A stretch of DNA of 60,344 nucleotides. Origin: Nanobdellota archaeon. Lineage in GTDB: Archaea > Nanobdellota > Nanobdellia > Pacearchaeales > GW2011-AR1. The translations under genes were made by a program, and so were the position numbers. Shown here piece after piece: positions 8,203 through 17,827 of this stretch. How positions within the stretch are numbered: the stretch's first letter is position 1; every line of letters begins with the position of its first letter. The notes under the pieces are model-generated. The model did not search any database, had not been told where the DNA came from, and saw nothing but the letters and a program-made list of their open reading frames with translations. The DNA is taken from assembly GCA_038045945.1 (NCBI GenBank), contig JBBSXC010000005.1:1-60344 (forward strand), written 5' to 3'.

Positions 8203-11049
8203 ATGATAATAAAGGGTGATAGTAGACCAGACTTTAATAATAATGAATTACACTACAACATAACTCATGACCAAAGAGCAAGAAATAATTCTGAAAAGAA
8301 AAAAGAAGTATTAACACCCCAGTACGTTAAGTGGTTTAGCGAATTATCATACAAAGACGTGAACATAGCAGGGGGAAAAGGAGCTAACCTTGGAGAAATG
8401 TACCAGAACAAGTTCCCAGTACCACCAGGATTCGTAATAGCAGCAACAGCATACACAAAATTTTTAGAAGTAACTGGCCTAGATAAAAAAATTTATGAAA
8501 TACTATCAAGACTCAACTTAGAAAACACACAAGAATTAGAAAGAGAAGCTAACGAAATACAAAAAATGATAATAGCACAAGAAATGCCAGAAAGAATGAA
8601 AGAAGAAATAGTAGAATCATACGAACACCTAAACGTTAATGAAGACTCACTAAAAGGAGCAAGTGCAGACGCATTAGCAATACTAAAAAGAGGAAGAGAA
8701 CCACCATTCGTAGCAGTAAGAAGCAGCGCAACAGCAGAAGACGGAGTTGAAGCAAGCTTTGCAGGACAAAACAGCACTTTCCTAAACGTTAAAGGAAACA
8801 CAAAAGTGATAGAAGCAGTAAAAGGATGTTGGGCATCACTATTCACAGCAAGAAGTGTGTATTACAGAGTAAAAAAAGGATTCAAACACGAAGAAACAGC
8901 AATAGCAGTTGTAATACAAGTAATGGTAAATTCTGACAGAAGCGGAGTAATGTTCACAAAAGACCCAGTAAAAAACACTAATAATGTAGTTATAGAGAGC
9001 GTGTTCGGACTAGGAGAAGGAATAGTATCAGGAATGATAAACCCAGACCACTTTGAAGTAAACGAGCATTTAGAAATAACAAACAGCAGACTATCAACAA
9101 AAAAAATAGCAATAATAAGAAACTCTAGCGGAAAAAACGAAACAGTAACACTAACACCAGAAAGAAGCGAACAACAATCACTAACAAATTACGAAGTGAA
9201 AAAATTAGCACAATACGGAATGGAATTAGAAAAACATTACGGAAGACCACAAGACATCGAATTCGCAGTTGACACAAAACAAATATACATTGTACAAACA
9301 AGACCAATAACAACTCTAGCAAACAGAGAAGATTACGAAAAGAAAGCAAAAGAAAACGAGATGAGCGGAGAAGAAATACTATCAGGGATAAGCGCAAGCC
9401 CGGGAGTAGGCAGCGGAGTAGTAAAAATAGTACATGACATGAGCGAACTGAACAAAATAAAAAAAGGAGACGTACTAGTGACACAAATGACAAACCCAGA
9501 CATGGTAGTAGCCATGCAAAAAGCAAACGCGATACTAACTGACGAAGGAGGGTTAACAAGCCACGCAGCAATAGTAAGCAGAGAAATGGGAATACCATGC
9601 ATAGTAGGAAGTAGAGTAGCAACAACAACACTAAAAGAAGGAGAAATAATAACGATTGACGGATACACAGGAAAAGTTTACAGAGGAATAGTAGAGGGAA
9701 AAAAAGTAACAGTCACACCAATAGTTCAAACAAAGACAAAAATAAAAGTCATTGTTGACTTGCCAGATTACGCGCAAAGAGCAGCAATAACTAACGCAAG
9801 CGCCGTAGGACTAACAAGAATGGAAGGAATAATAGCAGAAGGGGGGAAACACCCACAATACTTCCTAAAAAATGATAAGTTAGAAGAATACGAAGAAATA
9901 ATCTATAAAGGAGTGAAAAAAATCTCATCGTACTTTGATGAAGTTCGAGTGCGAACAAGCGATATAAGAAGCGACGAGTACGAACACTTAGAAGGAGCAC
10001 CAGAGTGGCATGAAGCAAACCCTATGCTAGGAATGCACGGAATAAGAGCAAGCCTAAAATATCCTGCCTTACTAAAAGCAGAACTCCGAGCACTAAAAAG
10101 AGTAGCACAAGAGGGAAAAAAGATTGGTGTAATGATGCCACAAATAATATCAGTTGAAGAAGTGAAAAAAACAAAACAATACATGCAAGAAGTAGGACTC
10201 CATGATAATATTGAACTCGGAATAATGGTTGAGACACCAGCAGCAGTACAGGTAATTGAAGAAATGTGCGATGAAGGAATAAAATTCATAAGTTTCGGAA
10301 CAAACGACCTGACACAATTCACACTAGCAATTGACAGAGGAAACGAAGATTGCCAATCACTATACAGCGAAATGCACCCAGCAATAATAAAACAAATAAA
10401 GCACGTAATAGAAGTATGCAAAGCTAGAGGCGTTGAAACAAGCATTTGCGGACAGGCAGGTAGTAGAAAAGAAATGGCAAAAATATTAGTAGAAGCAGGA
10501 ATAGACTCAATAAGCGTTAATGCTGATGCGGCAGGAGAATTATCAATATACATTAAAGAATTAGAAGAAGAAATGGAATCAAACAAAAATTCTGAATTGA
10601 TAAAAAATGAGATTGACCCAATAGTAAACAATAACGGTTTAAAGTCCACAAGAGAAGAAGCATTAACTGATCGCTCTCTCAAAGAAGAAGCAATAGTAGA
10701 CGCGAGAAAAAAAGAAGAAGCAATATCATACAAAAAAGAAGAAATGATTGAAGACAAAAGAGAAGAATACGATGATTCGGTACACGCAGAACCATTAGAG
10801 GACTACAGCACATACCAAGTAGAAGTTGAAGAAGCAGTGATTGTTGAAACAAAAGAAACAGTAGAAGAAAGTGGAATAGCAGAAACAAACCAGGAAGAAG
10901 CAGAAAGCATAACAACGACTACAACAACCACAACTAGCGCTGCTAGTTACGAAGAAGAGATAATAAAAGAACTAAGCGGAGAAGAAGAAACAGCAGGAGA
11001 AGGAAAAAAACCAGAAGAAGAAAAACACATATTCATGAGCATATTCTAA
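8203..11049 (+). CDS. ppsA: phosphoenolpyruvate synthase with acidic C-terminal extension
   Basis: GGKGANLGEM, AVRSSATAED, QDIEF, GGLTSHAAIVSRE (phospho-His), EANPMLG..GIR, SFGTNDLTQF and SICGQA. Confidence 0.93.
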   Translation: MIIKGDSRPDFNNNELHYNITHDQRARNNSEKKKEVLTPQYVKWFSELSYKDVNIAGGKGANLGEMYQNKFPVPPGFVIAATAYTKFLEVTGLDKKIYEILSRLNLENTQELEREANEIQKMIIAQEMPERMKEEIVESYEHLNVNEDSLKGASADALAILKRGREPPFVAVRSSATAEDGVEASFAGQNSTFLNVKGNTKVIEAVKGCWASLFTARSVYYRVKKGFKHEETAIAVVIQVMVNSDRSGVMFTKDPVKNTNNVVIESVFGLGEGIVSGMINPDHFEVNEHLEITNSRLSTKKIAIIRNSSGKNETVTLTPERSEQQSLTNYEVKKLAQYGMELEKHYGRPQDIEFAVDTKQIYIVQTRPITTLANREDYEKKAKENEMSGEEILSGISASPGVGSGVVKIVHDMSELNKIKKGDVLVTQMTNPDMVVAMQKANAILTDEGGLTSHAAIVSREMGIPCIVGSRVATTTLKEGEIITIDGYTGKVYRGIVEGKKVTVTPIVQTKTKIKVIVDLPDYAQRAAITNASAVGLTRMEGIIAEGGKHPQYFLKNDKLEEYEEIIYKGVKKISSYFDEVRVRTSDIRSDEYEHLEGAPEWHEANPMLGMHGIRASLKYPALLKAELRALKRVAQEGKKIGVMMPQIISVEEVKKTKQYMQEVGLHDNIELGIMVETPAAVQVIEEMCDEGIKFISFGTNDLTQFTLAIDRGNEDCQSLYSEMHPAIIKQIKHVIEVCKARGVETSICGQAGSRKEMAKILVEAGIDSISVNADAAGELSIYIKELEEEMESNKNSELIKNEIDPIVNNNGLKSTREEALTDRSLKEEAIVDARKKEEAISYKKEEMIEDKREEYDDSVHAEPLEDYSTYQVEVEEAVIVETKETVEESGIAETNQEEAESITTTTTTTTSAASYEEEIIKELSGEEETAGEGKKPEEEKHIFMSIF

Positions 11050-11412
11050 TTAAAAATAATAGTTTCTAAGAAAATAATAGCCTAAAACACAACCGAAAAT
11101 GTTAGAGGCCATTTGATCCCATTGTTTCTTTTTACCATCAATCCCGTAACCAGCAATCATTGAGACTATTGGCGCAGCAACATTATTAACACTAGGAATA
11201 TAGTCAATAGTATTGAATACTGCTCCAGCTAGAGCTGTTTGAGTAGCGTGATGAGCAACATGTTCAGCTTGGAGAAGAATTCGGTCAAGCTTAGGATAAT
11301 CTTTAGCTAAACCCTTCCTGAACAGAAATCTATCAGCAATTATGCCAGCGTGTGTAGCAGCACCAAAAGCGCCAATCAAACTAAGATCAATTAGCTTATC
11401 ATCAATATTCAT
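11050..11412 (-). CDS. hypothetical membrane protein
   Basis: 120 aa with hydrophobic helices; its stop abuts the ppsA stop. Confidence 0.6.
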   Translation of the reverse strand: MNIDDKLIDLSLIGAFGAATHAGIIADRFLFRKGLAKDYPKLDRILLQAEHVAHHATQTALAGAVFNTIDYIPSVNNVAAPIVSMIAGYGIDGKKKQWDQMASNIFGCVLGYYFLRNYYF

Positions 11413-11516
11413 TAAGAAAATAATAATTTCCCGTTTATAAATCTTCCTTTTATTTTACTACTAATAAGTTACACTATGAACGAAAGGTTTATATACATGT
11501 TTTGCCTTACCTTTTT

Positions 11517-12110
11517 ATGTCAAAAGCAAAGGTGCAAGAAACTGAAGAACCAGAGCGTACTAACGCCAAGGATCTAAGCAACTATTTAGGAGCTGTTGTA
11601 GCTGGAAGAATATCTTCAGACCCTTCAAGAAGAGGTTACACTATTGAATCTTTGAGAGTAATGTATAATGCTACTTACGGAGACGTCATAAAAAGAATAA
11701 AGGCTGACCCAATAATCGGCGGAGAACTTGAGGCAGCATTAGGAAGAGCAGAAGCAGGACTTGCATCAGGGCACATAACAGACGCTAAAGTATTAGAATC
11801 CATAGGTTTCTATTCAGAATTATTCAAAAAAGCTTACGAAAGCGCAAGAGTTTCAGAATTAATAGAAGCTTTCAGCACTGATGATCTGAAAGAGGACACT
11901 ATAAAAGTTTTATCATTATACCAAGATAAAACAATAAAGGAAATTGAGGATAAAGAACACCAAAAAATCGTTGCTCAAGCTTTCGGAATGCAAACAGAAT
12001 ACAAACAAGAAGAGTTTGCTTTCAAACTTGTTAAAGCTAGCAGAAAAGAAAACGCTGGCAGACTTGAAGATCTAGTTAAAGGTTTAAACCAAGCTAGAGA
12101 AACAGCTTAA
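11517..12110 (+). CDS. hypothetical protein
   Basis: Helical ORF; ATG 11517 sits about 25 nt after a TTTATATA box. Confidence 0.7.
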   Translation: MSKAKVQETEEPERTNAKDLSNYLGAVVAGRISSDPSRRGYTIESLRVMYNATYGDVIKRIKADPIIGGELEAALGRAEAGLASGHITDAKVLESIGFYSELFKKAYESARVSELIEAFSTDDLKEDTIKVLSLYQDKTIKEIEDKEHQKIVAQAFGMQTEYKQEEFAFKLVKASRKENAGRLEDLVKGLNQARETA

Positions 12111-12119
12111 AGAAGTTTT

Positions 12120-13010
12120 TTATTTTTGTTTATCTTCAGTATTATTCTTTTCTATTATTCCTTTTACTAATGCTATCATTACGTCCATGAATTCTTGTGC
12201 TCTTGCTTGCCACTCATCAATTTCTGACCCTTTTATTTCTTTTTGGTGTGCGTGGGCTATGCTTCTGTGAATTTCGTGAAAGTTTTTGAACCATATAGCA
12301 TACTTCATTTTTAGCATTCCCTTATCAACAAATTGTTCCTTAAGCATTATAGGTATTTGTTCAGGCGATGGAGGAACTATTCTAGAGGCCATTAGTGCTG
12401 CTTGTGAAGAATCAACCATACACCAATATATTCCTTCAACAGTGCTTAATTGAGCATTCTTACTTCTGGACAGATGTGCTGGCGCCCTTTCTAAGGCTGT
12501 AAAAACAGCTTCAGGCGTAGACTTAATTTTCCCTTGGTCTAATAAGATTTTTAGAGGGTTGAAGAATCCTCCAAAGTCAAGTATTGCTTCTCCGTAACGA
12601 ATAATGTTTATAACAACAGGGTCTCCTCTCATCATATCATTCCACCAAGTCGTTAATTTAGTAGTATTAACATGCAAATTTTTAGTGTAAGACTTTTCCG
12701 CAACCAAATTTGCTAACTCTTCTCTATACCAGGCTATTAGTTCTTGATCCCAAATAATGCTAGCGTCATCAACAATTATCATTATGTCAACGTCAGAATC
12801 AGAAGTGGAATTATTTTTAACTGAACTGCCAAACAATATTACACTTTTTATTAGTTTACTGAACTTTTTGTAAAGCCTTGTAGAAAAATCTAGTGCTATT
12901 CCCCTCTCATCAGTTATGTTAGATCCTTTGTTAAAACCGTCTTTTGATAATGCTGATTTGTAACTAACTGAGTGATTACTTCTCGACTTGTTTTTTTTCT
13001 TATTCACCAT
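12120..13010 (-). CDS. nucleotidyltransferase with HEPN-like domain (small paralog)
   Basis: LFGSSVK...SDSDVDIMIIVDD and IYWCMVDSSQAALM....PPSP. Confidence 0.82.
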   Translation of the reverse strand: MVNKKKNKSRSNHSVSYKSALSKDGFNKGSNITDERGIALDFSTRLYKKFSKLIKSVILFGSSVKNNSTSDSDVDIMIIVDDASIIWDQELIAWYREELANLVAEKSYTKNLHVNTTKLTTWWNDMMRGDPVVINIIRYGEAILDFGGFFNPLKILLDQGKIKSTPEAVFTALERAPAHLSRSKNAQLSTVEGIYWCMVDSSQAALMASRIVPPSPEQIPIMLKEQFVDKGMLKMKYAIWFKNFHEIHRSIAHAHQKEIKGSEIDEWQARAQEFMDVMIALVKGIIEKNNTEDKQK

Positions 13011-13054
13011 CTTTAATTATTATACTACAATATACATATTAAAAGCTTCTGGTT

Positions 13055-14965
13055 TTAGGCCATTGGTGTGCCGCTAAACCTACTACCCCTTGCTCCGCCC
13101 ATTTGTCCCCCTAGCGAAGTTGGCAGTCCAGTGAACCCTGCGCCAAAACTTTGGAAGTTGTAATCTGGTAAAGTGTCTCCCATCCCAGAATAATAGATGT
13201 TTTGGTTTGCTGCGCCTGCCGCACGATTCCAATTTAACCCTTGAGGAACACCCTCTGTTCCGTTCACGTAGATTGGTGAACCCATTGCTTCCAGAACCAT
13301 TGGTTGAGGCGAGGTTTGCCATTGAGCAACGAAAGCTCCCCCTTCAAAGATTTTTCTTGTTTTACCAAAATCTTTATTAGCTTTATTAAAAGCCTCCAGA
13401 GTTTCTTTTATTTGAATATCTCCCATTCCCGGAACTACGTCATCAGTGCTTCCACCTAAACTATCATTTAGGTGAACATGTTTTACGAATGGTGCTATTG
13501 TTTCTGTTTCTTTCATAATATCTTTTTTTGTGAAACCTTTCTCTACCATTTTTCCAATGTGTACTGTGTCCCATGTTGCACCAATAGTTCTTTCGGCGAT
13601 CTTGGTTGCTTGATCTAAAGACATACCTTCCTTCTCAAAGAGTTTTTGTGCGAATTTCTGCCTACTCATCTCGATTAATTCTTTTAATTCCTTACCAGAA
13701 CTTAATGCCCCACCATAAGGAGGATTCTCAATAGCCATAACTGGCGCTTTACCTGGAAACCTTTTGTACGATTGGAAAGCAACCTCGCTAAAAGTCTCAG
13801 AAGTATTTTTTTTAGCAAACTCCTCTATAGAAACAAATGCTTTAGGACCTTCGATTATATCATTTTCAGTTATGCTGTCCTCTTCTTTATCAAATCTAGG
13901 ATGAAGTGGATTAGTTATTACATGCTCCATACGCTGCATGAGCTTATTTAGAGCACCAGACTCAATGTTTGCTGCGACAAGAGGATGAATTCCCTTTTTT
14001 TGTTCTCCATCACCATCCCCCCTTATTTCTTTGGTCTCTTCTAAGAATTTTTTAGATATATTTCTTAGTTCATCCTGGAGTTTTTGGTTCCCATTAGCCT
14101 TAGCTACTTCTACGGCTTGATGAAAAGTAGAATTTAGACTCTTATGAGCCTCTCTGAAATATTCATTAGCAAGCCTTACTTTATGTATGCCAGCAGCAAC
14201 TCGAGGATCTTTTTGATTAGCAACTAATCCTTCCGAGTCTAAACCAGCGAGGATTAACTGAGCATCTTCAAGAATTTTTTCCCCTTCTGCCTTTCTAAAA
14301 ATTGCTGGTTTAATCTTATTATCCCAATATGTAGAGTTAGTATCTGCTAATTCTTTCTGGATATCATCCTTCTTACCTTTACCGGTCTTTGCGTAGTTAC
14401 TCAAATAATATTTTTCTTCATTCTTTATTGGGGTTAATTGGTTATCTACATAATTATAAACAATTAGTTGTTCAGTTTCCGCACCATCCTTTCCAGGAAC
14501 CATTGAACTTCCAGGAATAACGGCTGATGAGTGGAAAACTATTGGCATATTACCACTAGTATTCAAAGCCTGACCCCTCTCAACAACATACATTAATTCT
14601 CTTTCAACTTGTTTACGATTCTCCTCACTCCAACCACCTTGTTTACTAAAACCACTAGGATCAGTCATGTCATCAAAAGGAGCATGAAGACTAATCTCAG
14701 CCTTATTCAGCTTAGCTAAATTAGCAATCTCTTTCATGTGCCCAGCAGGAATCTGATCAAAAACTTTTTTGTGAACAAGTGATACCTCAATGTTACGAAT
14801 ACCCTGCTTCATTAAGTCGCCAACTTGTTTAAGCTGATTAGCAGTATTAATAGAAGTAGTAGCACCAAGGTTAGCTGCAGGAACCTTGTAACCTTGAAAA
14901 ATAGTGCTATACTCAGACTCTAAAATAGATGGAGTTCCAGGATAAAAATATTCGTAATTTCCCAT
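13055..14965 (-). CDS. xylose-isomerase/AP-endonuclease-2-like TIM-barrel protein with large insertion
   Basis: SLHAP, IVFHSS, AIEN, TWDTVH, HVHLND, VPGMG and IFEG metal-ligand pattern. Confidence 0.75.
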   Translation of the reverse strand: MGNYEYFYPGTPSILESEYSTIFQGYKVPAANLGATTSINTANQLKQVGDLMKQGIRNIEVSLVHKKVFDQIPAGHMKEIANLAKLNKAEISLHAPFDDMTDPSGFSKQGGWSEENRKQVERELMYVVERGQALNTSGNMPIVFHSSAVIPGSSMVPGKDGAETEQLIVYNYVDNQLTPIKNEEKYYLSNYAKTGKGKKDDIQKELADTNSTYWDNKIKPAIFRKAEGEKILEDAQLILAGLDSEGLVANQKDPRVAAGIHKVRLANEYFREAHKSLNSTFHQAVEVAKANGNQKLQDELRNISKKFLEETKEIRGDGDGEQKKGIHPLVAANIESGALNKLMQRMEHVITNPLHPRFDKEEDSITENDIIEGPKAFVSIEEFAKKNTSETFSEVAFQSYKRFPGKAPVMAIENPPYGGALSSGKELKELIEMSRQKFAQKLFEKEGMSLDQATKIAERTIGATWDTVHIGKMVEKGFTKKDIMKETETIAPFVKHVHLNDSLGGSTDDVVPGMGDIQIKETLEAFNKANKDFGKTRKIFEGGAFVAQWQTSPQPMVLEAMGSPIYVNGTEGVPQGLNWNRAAGAANQNIYYSGMGDTLPDYNFQSFGAGFTGLPTSLGGQMGGARGSRFSGTPMA

Positions 14966-15012
14966 TTGATATCACCTAAAAAGCATTAATGAATGGAGAT
15001 ATATAAATATGA

Positions 15013-15642
15013 CTAATAATTTTTTCTCCTCTTAACAATACCACTACCTTGTTCTTGTTCATCACTATCATCACCAAGCTTTTTTAGGTACGTATCAGCA
15101 ACAGTATACTCTGGACCTAAAGAATTATTAGAACCCATAACAGATCTAGAATTAGACCACTGATCAAGATCAACCTTTTTATCCCAAGGATTCTTAGCAG
15201 GCTTATTAGGATCATAAGGACGAGAGGCATCTTGATTTAAATCCTTAGGAGTTGTCATACCAAGATTAGGCCCACGACCAGAAGAAGAAAAATTTCTCTG
15301 ATTAGAAACGTAATCACCACTAATTTTATTTGAAGAATAGGAAACGTTATCATCCTTTTTATCCCTAGCACTAATAGAAGGATCATCTTTGATACTATCT
15401 AGACCCGTTCTAGAAACACTTTCTGATACGTCATCAAAAACTTCAGGCTTTATACTAACAGCAGAAGAAGGATTAACAATTCTTCTAACAGGCGCTAATA
15501 ATCTTCCTTCAATACTCGCAATCTTAGATTTTTCACTAATTTCTGAAACCTTAACATTGTCCTTTATCTCTCTAACAACAACTTTTTCATCTTTCTTTTT
15601 ACTAACGCGCTTCTTAACATTATTCTTTATCTTAACCATCAC
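15013..15642 (-). CDS. hypothetical low-complexity protein
   Basis: 209 aa, Ser/Asp/Lys-rich, co-oriented with its neighbours. Confidence 0.65.
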   Translation of the reverse strand: MMVKIKNNVKKRVSKKKDEKVVVREIKDNVKVSEISEKSKIASIEGRLLAPVRRIVNPSSAVSIKPEVFDDVSESVSRTGLDSIKDDPSISARDKKDDNVSYSSNKISGDYVSNQRNFSSSGRGPNLGMTTPKDLNQDASRPYDPNKPAKNPWDKKVDLDQWSNSRSVMGSNNSLGPEYTVADTYLKKLGDDSDEQEQGSGIVKRRKNY

Positions 15643-15676
15643 TAATTATTGTTTAATAAGTAAAAAAACCTTCGTA

Positions 15677-17227
15677 TTAGTCGTAAGGGTCTTTATGGGC
15701 TGGCATCCCATGACCTTTCTTGTAAGTATTAAAAATTTTGAAGCATGTTGCTTTTGCATCATTACAAGCCATTTTTCTTATCTCTTCCTCATAATGGTTA
15801 TCAGGCTTTATTTTACCAAACTCTACTTCTTCACTCTTCTTACTTTCCACACCAAACATAGATTTTATGTCTTTGAACGGATTAAAATCATCAAAAAAGC
15901 CCTTTGTTTTCTCAGGCTTCTTTTCTCCTTCTACACCACCAGGCGATGTCCCATCAGTACCTATTTTTTCCCCTAAGAAGTATTCTAAATCTTTTCTTAT
16001 TGCTTCCAAACTCTCAGTAGTCATCCCTTCAGCTAAGGCTAATGCTTCATTAATATCTGTTTCATCAATCATCCTATTAAAAAGTTTTAGTTCTTCATCA
16101 CTTAAACAATAACTCCTAAAAGTGATGTCTGTTCTGCCCCTCATAATATAAGCGCTTCCAGCTCTTTGCGGCAAACCATCAGGTATTCCTCTAAACTTGA
16201 AATCTATTATTACACAAGGATAATACTTTCTTTTTATTTTATCTTTAGGAAAATTAGGCCTTAATCTTCCCTGATAAACTGCGTCTTTAACATCAAACTC
16301 TTTCTGACCCATAATTGTTAACTGCATAATCATAGTGTTAAAAGCGTTTACTAATGCTGGATCATCATAATTCTTCATTTCTAACTGTGAAGCAGCTCTA
16401 AGATAAGGTTTAGCCCACCTAGTGTACATTTTTAGAGAGTTTACCTGATTCTTCAAATAAGCCTTTTCTACGCTGTAACGCTTCTTCAATTCTTCTTCGG
16501 ATAATTCTTTCCATTTCAAAAACTCATAAATCCTTTGCTCAATTATTTTCTTAATATTTTCCGTAGTATCCATACCTCTAGCCCCCTCAACGCTATCAAC
16601 TGATAAAAAGTAGTCTACGAGCCCTACAAAACCCATCTGAGCAGTCATAGCTTTAAGACCAGTATTACCCCTCTTAAAGTCAACTTGATCAAGCCATATT
16701 TGTTTTAGCGATAACATCCCAGACCTTGACTTAAGATCTTCTTTGGATTTTGCCGCCTCGTAATGCGAGAGTCTTATCTCAAAATCTTTAAGGTCATAAA
16801 CCAAGTTTATTATCCCCTTAACAACCCCAGCTACCGTACCCATAATCTTCATTCCTTCTTCTTGCATCCTTGTCGCTTTCCCTTGAGTTTCTGAAAAGTG
16901 TGATGACCCAACTGTTGAAGTAAAATTATCAATAATCTTTTTCACTTTTCCACCAAACATCCCATTCATCATATCAAGAATCCAAAAATATATAGGTTCT
17001 AAAGTTTCGCTTGACGCATCATAAATTATTTGGTGTTCCTCATCAGCTTTTCCTGAAGCAACATCAAGCGCTAAGTAAGGGCTCTCTTTCACCTTTTCTT
17101 TTATTGCCTTTTTTGTTTCTGAGTCTTTTGCATACTTATCAGGGTTTACTACCGCAAGGATTTTAGGAAGATTATCAATATTCTTCCTCTTCGCATCAAC
17201 CTCTTTCATTGTTAGCTTCCCAGCCAT
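15677..17227 (-). CDS. hypothetical protein (516 aa)
   Basis: Long ORF with globular composition and no recognised motif. Confidence 0.8.
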   Translation of the reverse strand: MAGKLTMKEVDAKRKNIDNLPKILAVVNPDKYAKDSETKKAIKEKVKESPYLALDVASGKADEEHQIIYDASSETLEPIYFWILDMMNGMFGGKVKKIIDNFTSTVGSSHFSETQGKATRMQEEGMKIMGTVAGVVKGIINLVYDLKDFEIRLSHYEAAKSKEDLKSRSGMLSLKQIWLDQVDFKRGNTGLKAMTAQMGFVGLVDYFLSVDSVEGARGMDTTENIKKIIEQRIYEFLKWKELSEEELKKRYSVEKAYLKNQVNSLKMYTRWAKPYLRAASQLEMKNYDDPALVNAFNTMIMQLTIMGQKEFDVKDAVYQGRLRPNFPKDKIKRKYYPCVIIDFKFRGIPDGLPQRAGSAYIMRGRTDITFRSYCLSDEELKLFNRMIDETDINEALALAEGMTTESLEAIRKDLEYFLGEKIGTDGTSPGGVEGEKKPEKTKGFFDDFNPFKDIKSMFGVESKKSEEVEFGKIKPDNHYEEEIRKMACNDAKATCFKIFNTYKKGHGMPAHKDPYD

Positions 17228-17329
17228 GATTTAAAGAAGAAGAAGCGATATATAAACTTTAATAATACATTCATAAACTAAAAGATACATCCACCAAATC
17301 TTTAAAAGTCTGACCAACTAGTAATTATT

Positions 17330-17776
17330 ATGGCTTGGTTCAAAAAAGGGGTAAGTGACGTTGGAGTTGTTGACTTAGCGGATTTACAAAGAAGAGGAAT
17401 ATTCAAACCAAAAACCACACCTAAAAAAGTTATAACACCAACAGACTCTCAAGGTTACGCAGACCTTGGCAGTTTAACAAGCAATAAATCACCAACAACA
17501 AGTTCCTCATCAAATAATACACCAACAACCACTAGCTCAACCGGAGGATTCTTCGACTTTTTCGGCAATTCAAGAAACAATAATACATCAAGCTCACAAG
17601 CAGCCGTAGCATCAAGTTCAGAATACGGAAGCACAAGCGAAAATGACAACTCATCACTAAAAAATAAGATTGATGACGTAGAATTCAAAATAGAAAACAT
17701 AAACAGAAAACTTAACAACTTCTTAGAAAGAATAGAACTAATAGAAAAAAAGATTAATAGGCTAGAAGGAAGATAA
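17330..17776 (+). CDS. hypothetical protein with Ser/Thr linker and C-terminal coiled coil
   Basis: VVDLADLQRRG N-terminus, GGFFDFFG and a C-terminal heptad repeat. Confidence 0.75.
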   Translation: MAWFKKGVSDVGVVDLADLQRRGIFKPKTTPKKVITPTDSQGYADLGSLTSNKSPTTSSSSNNTPTTTSSTGGFFDFFGNSRNNNTSSSQAAVASSSEYGSTSENDNSSLKNKIDDVEFKIENINRKLNNFLERIELIEKKINRLEGR

Positions 17777-17827
17777 ATAAAAATCATCTTTAAATAGGCT
17801 TTATTATTCTATGATTATAGGTAAAAA

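Noticed and set aside
9125-10915. Long antisense ORFs inside ppsA (similar ones occur inside gltX, rrp42, the P-type ATPase and others)
   Set aside because: These Ser/Ile/Phe/Leu-rich shadow frames arise from biased codon usage and fully overlap well-supported genes.
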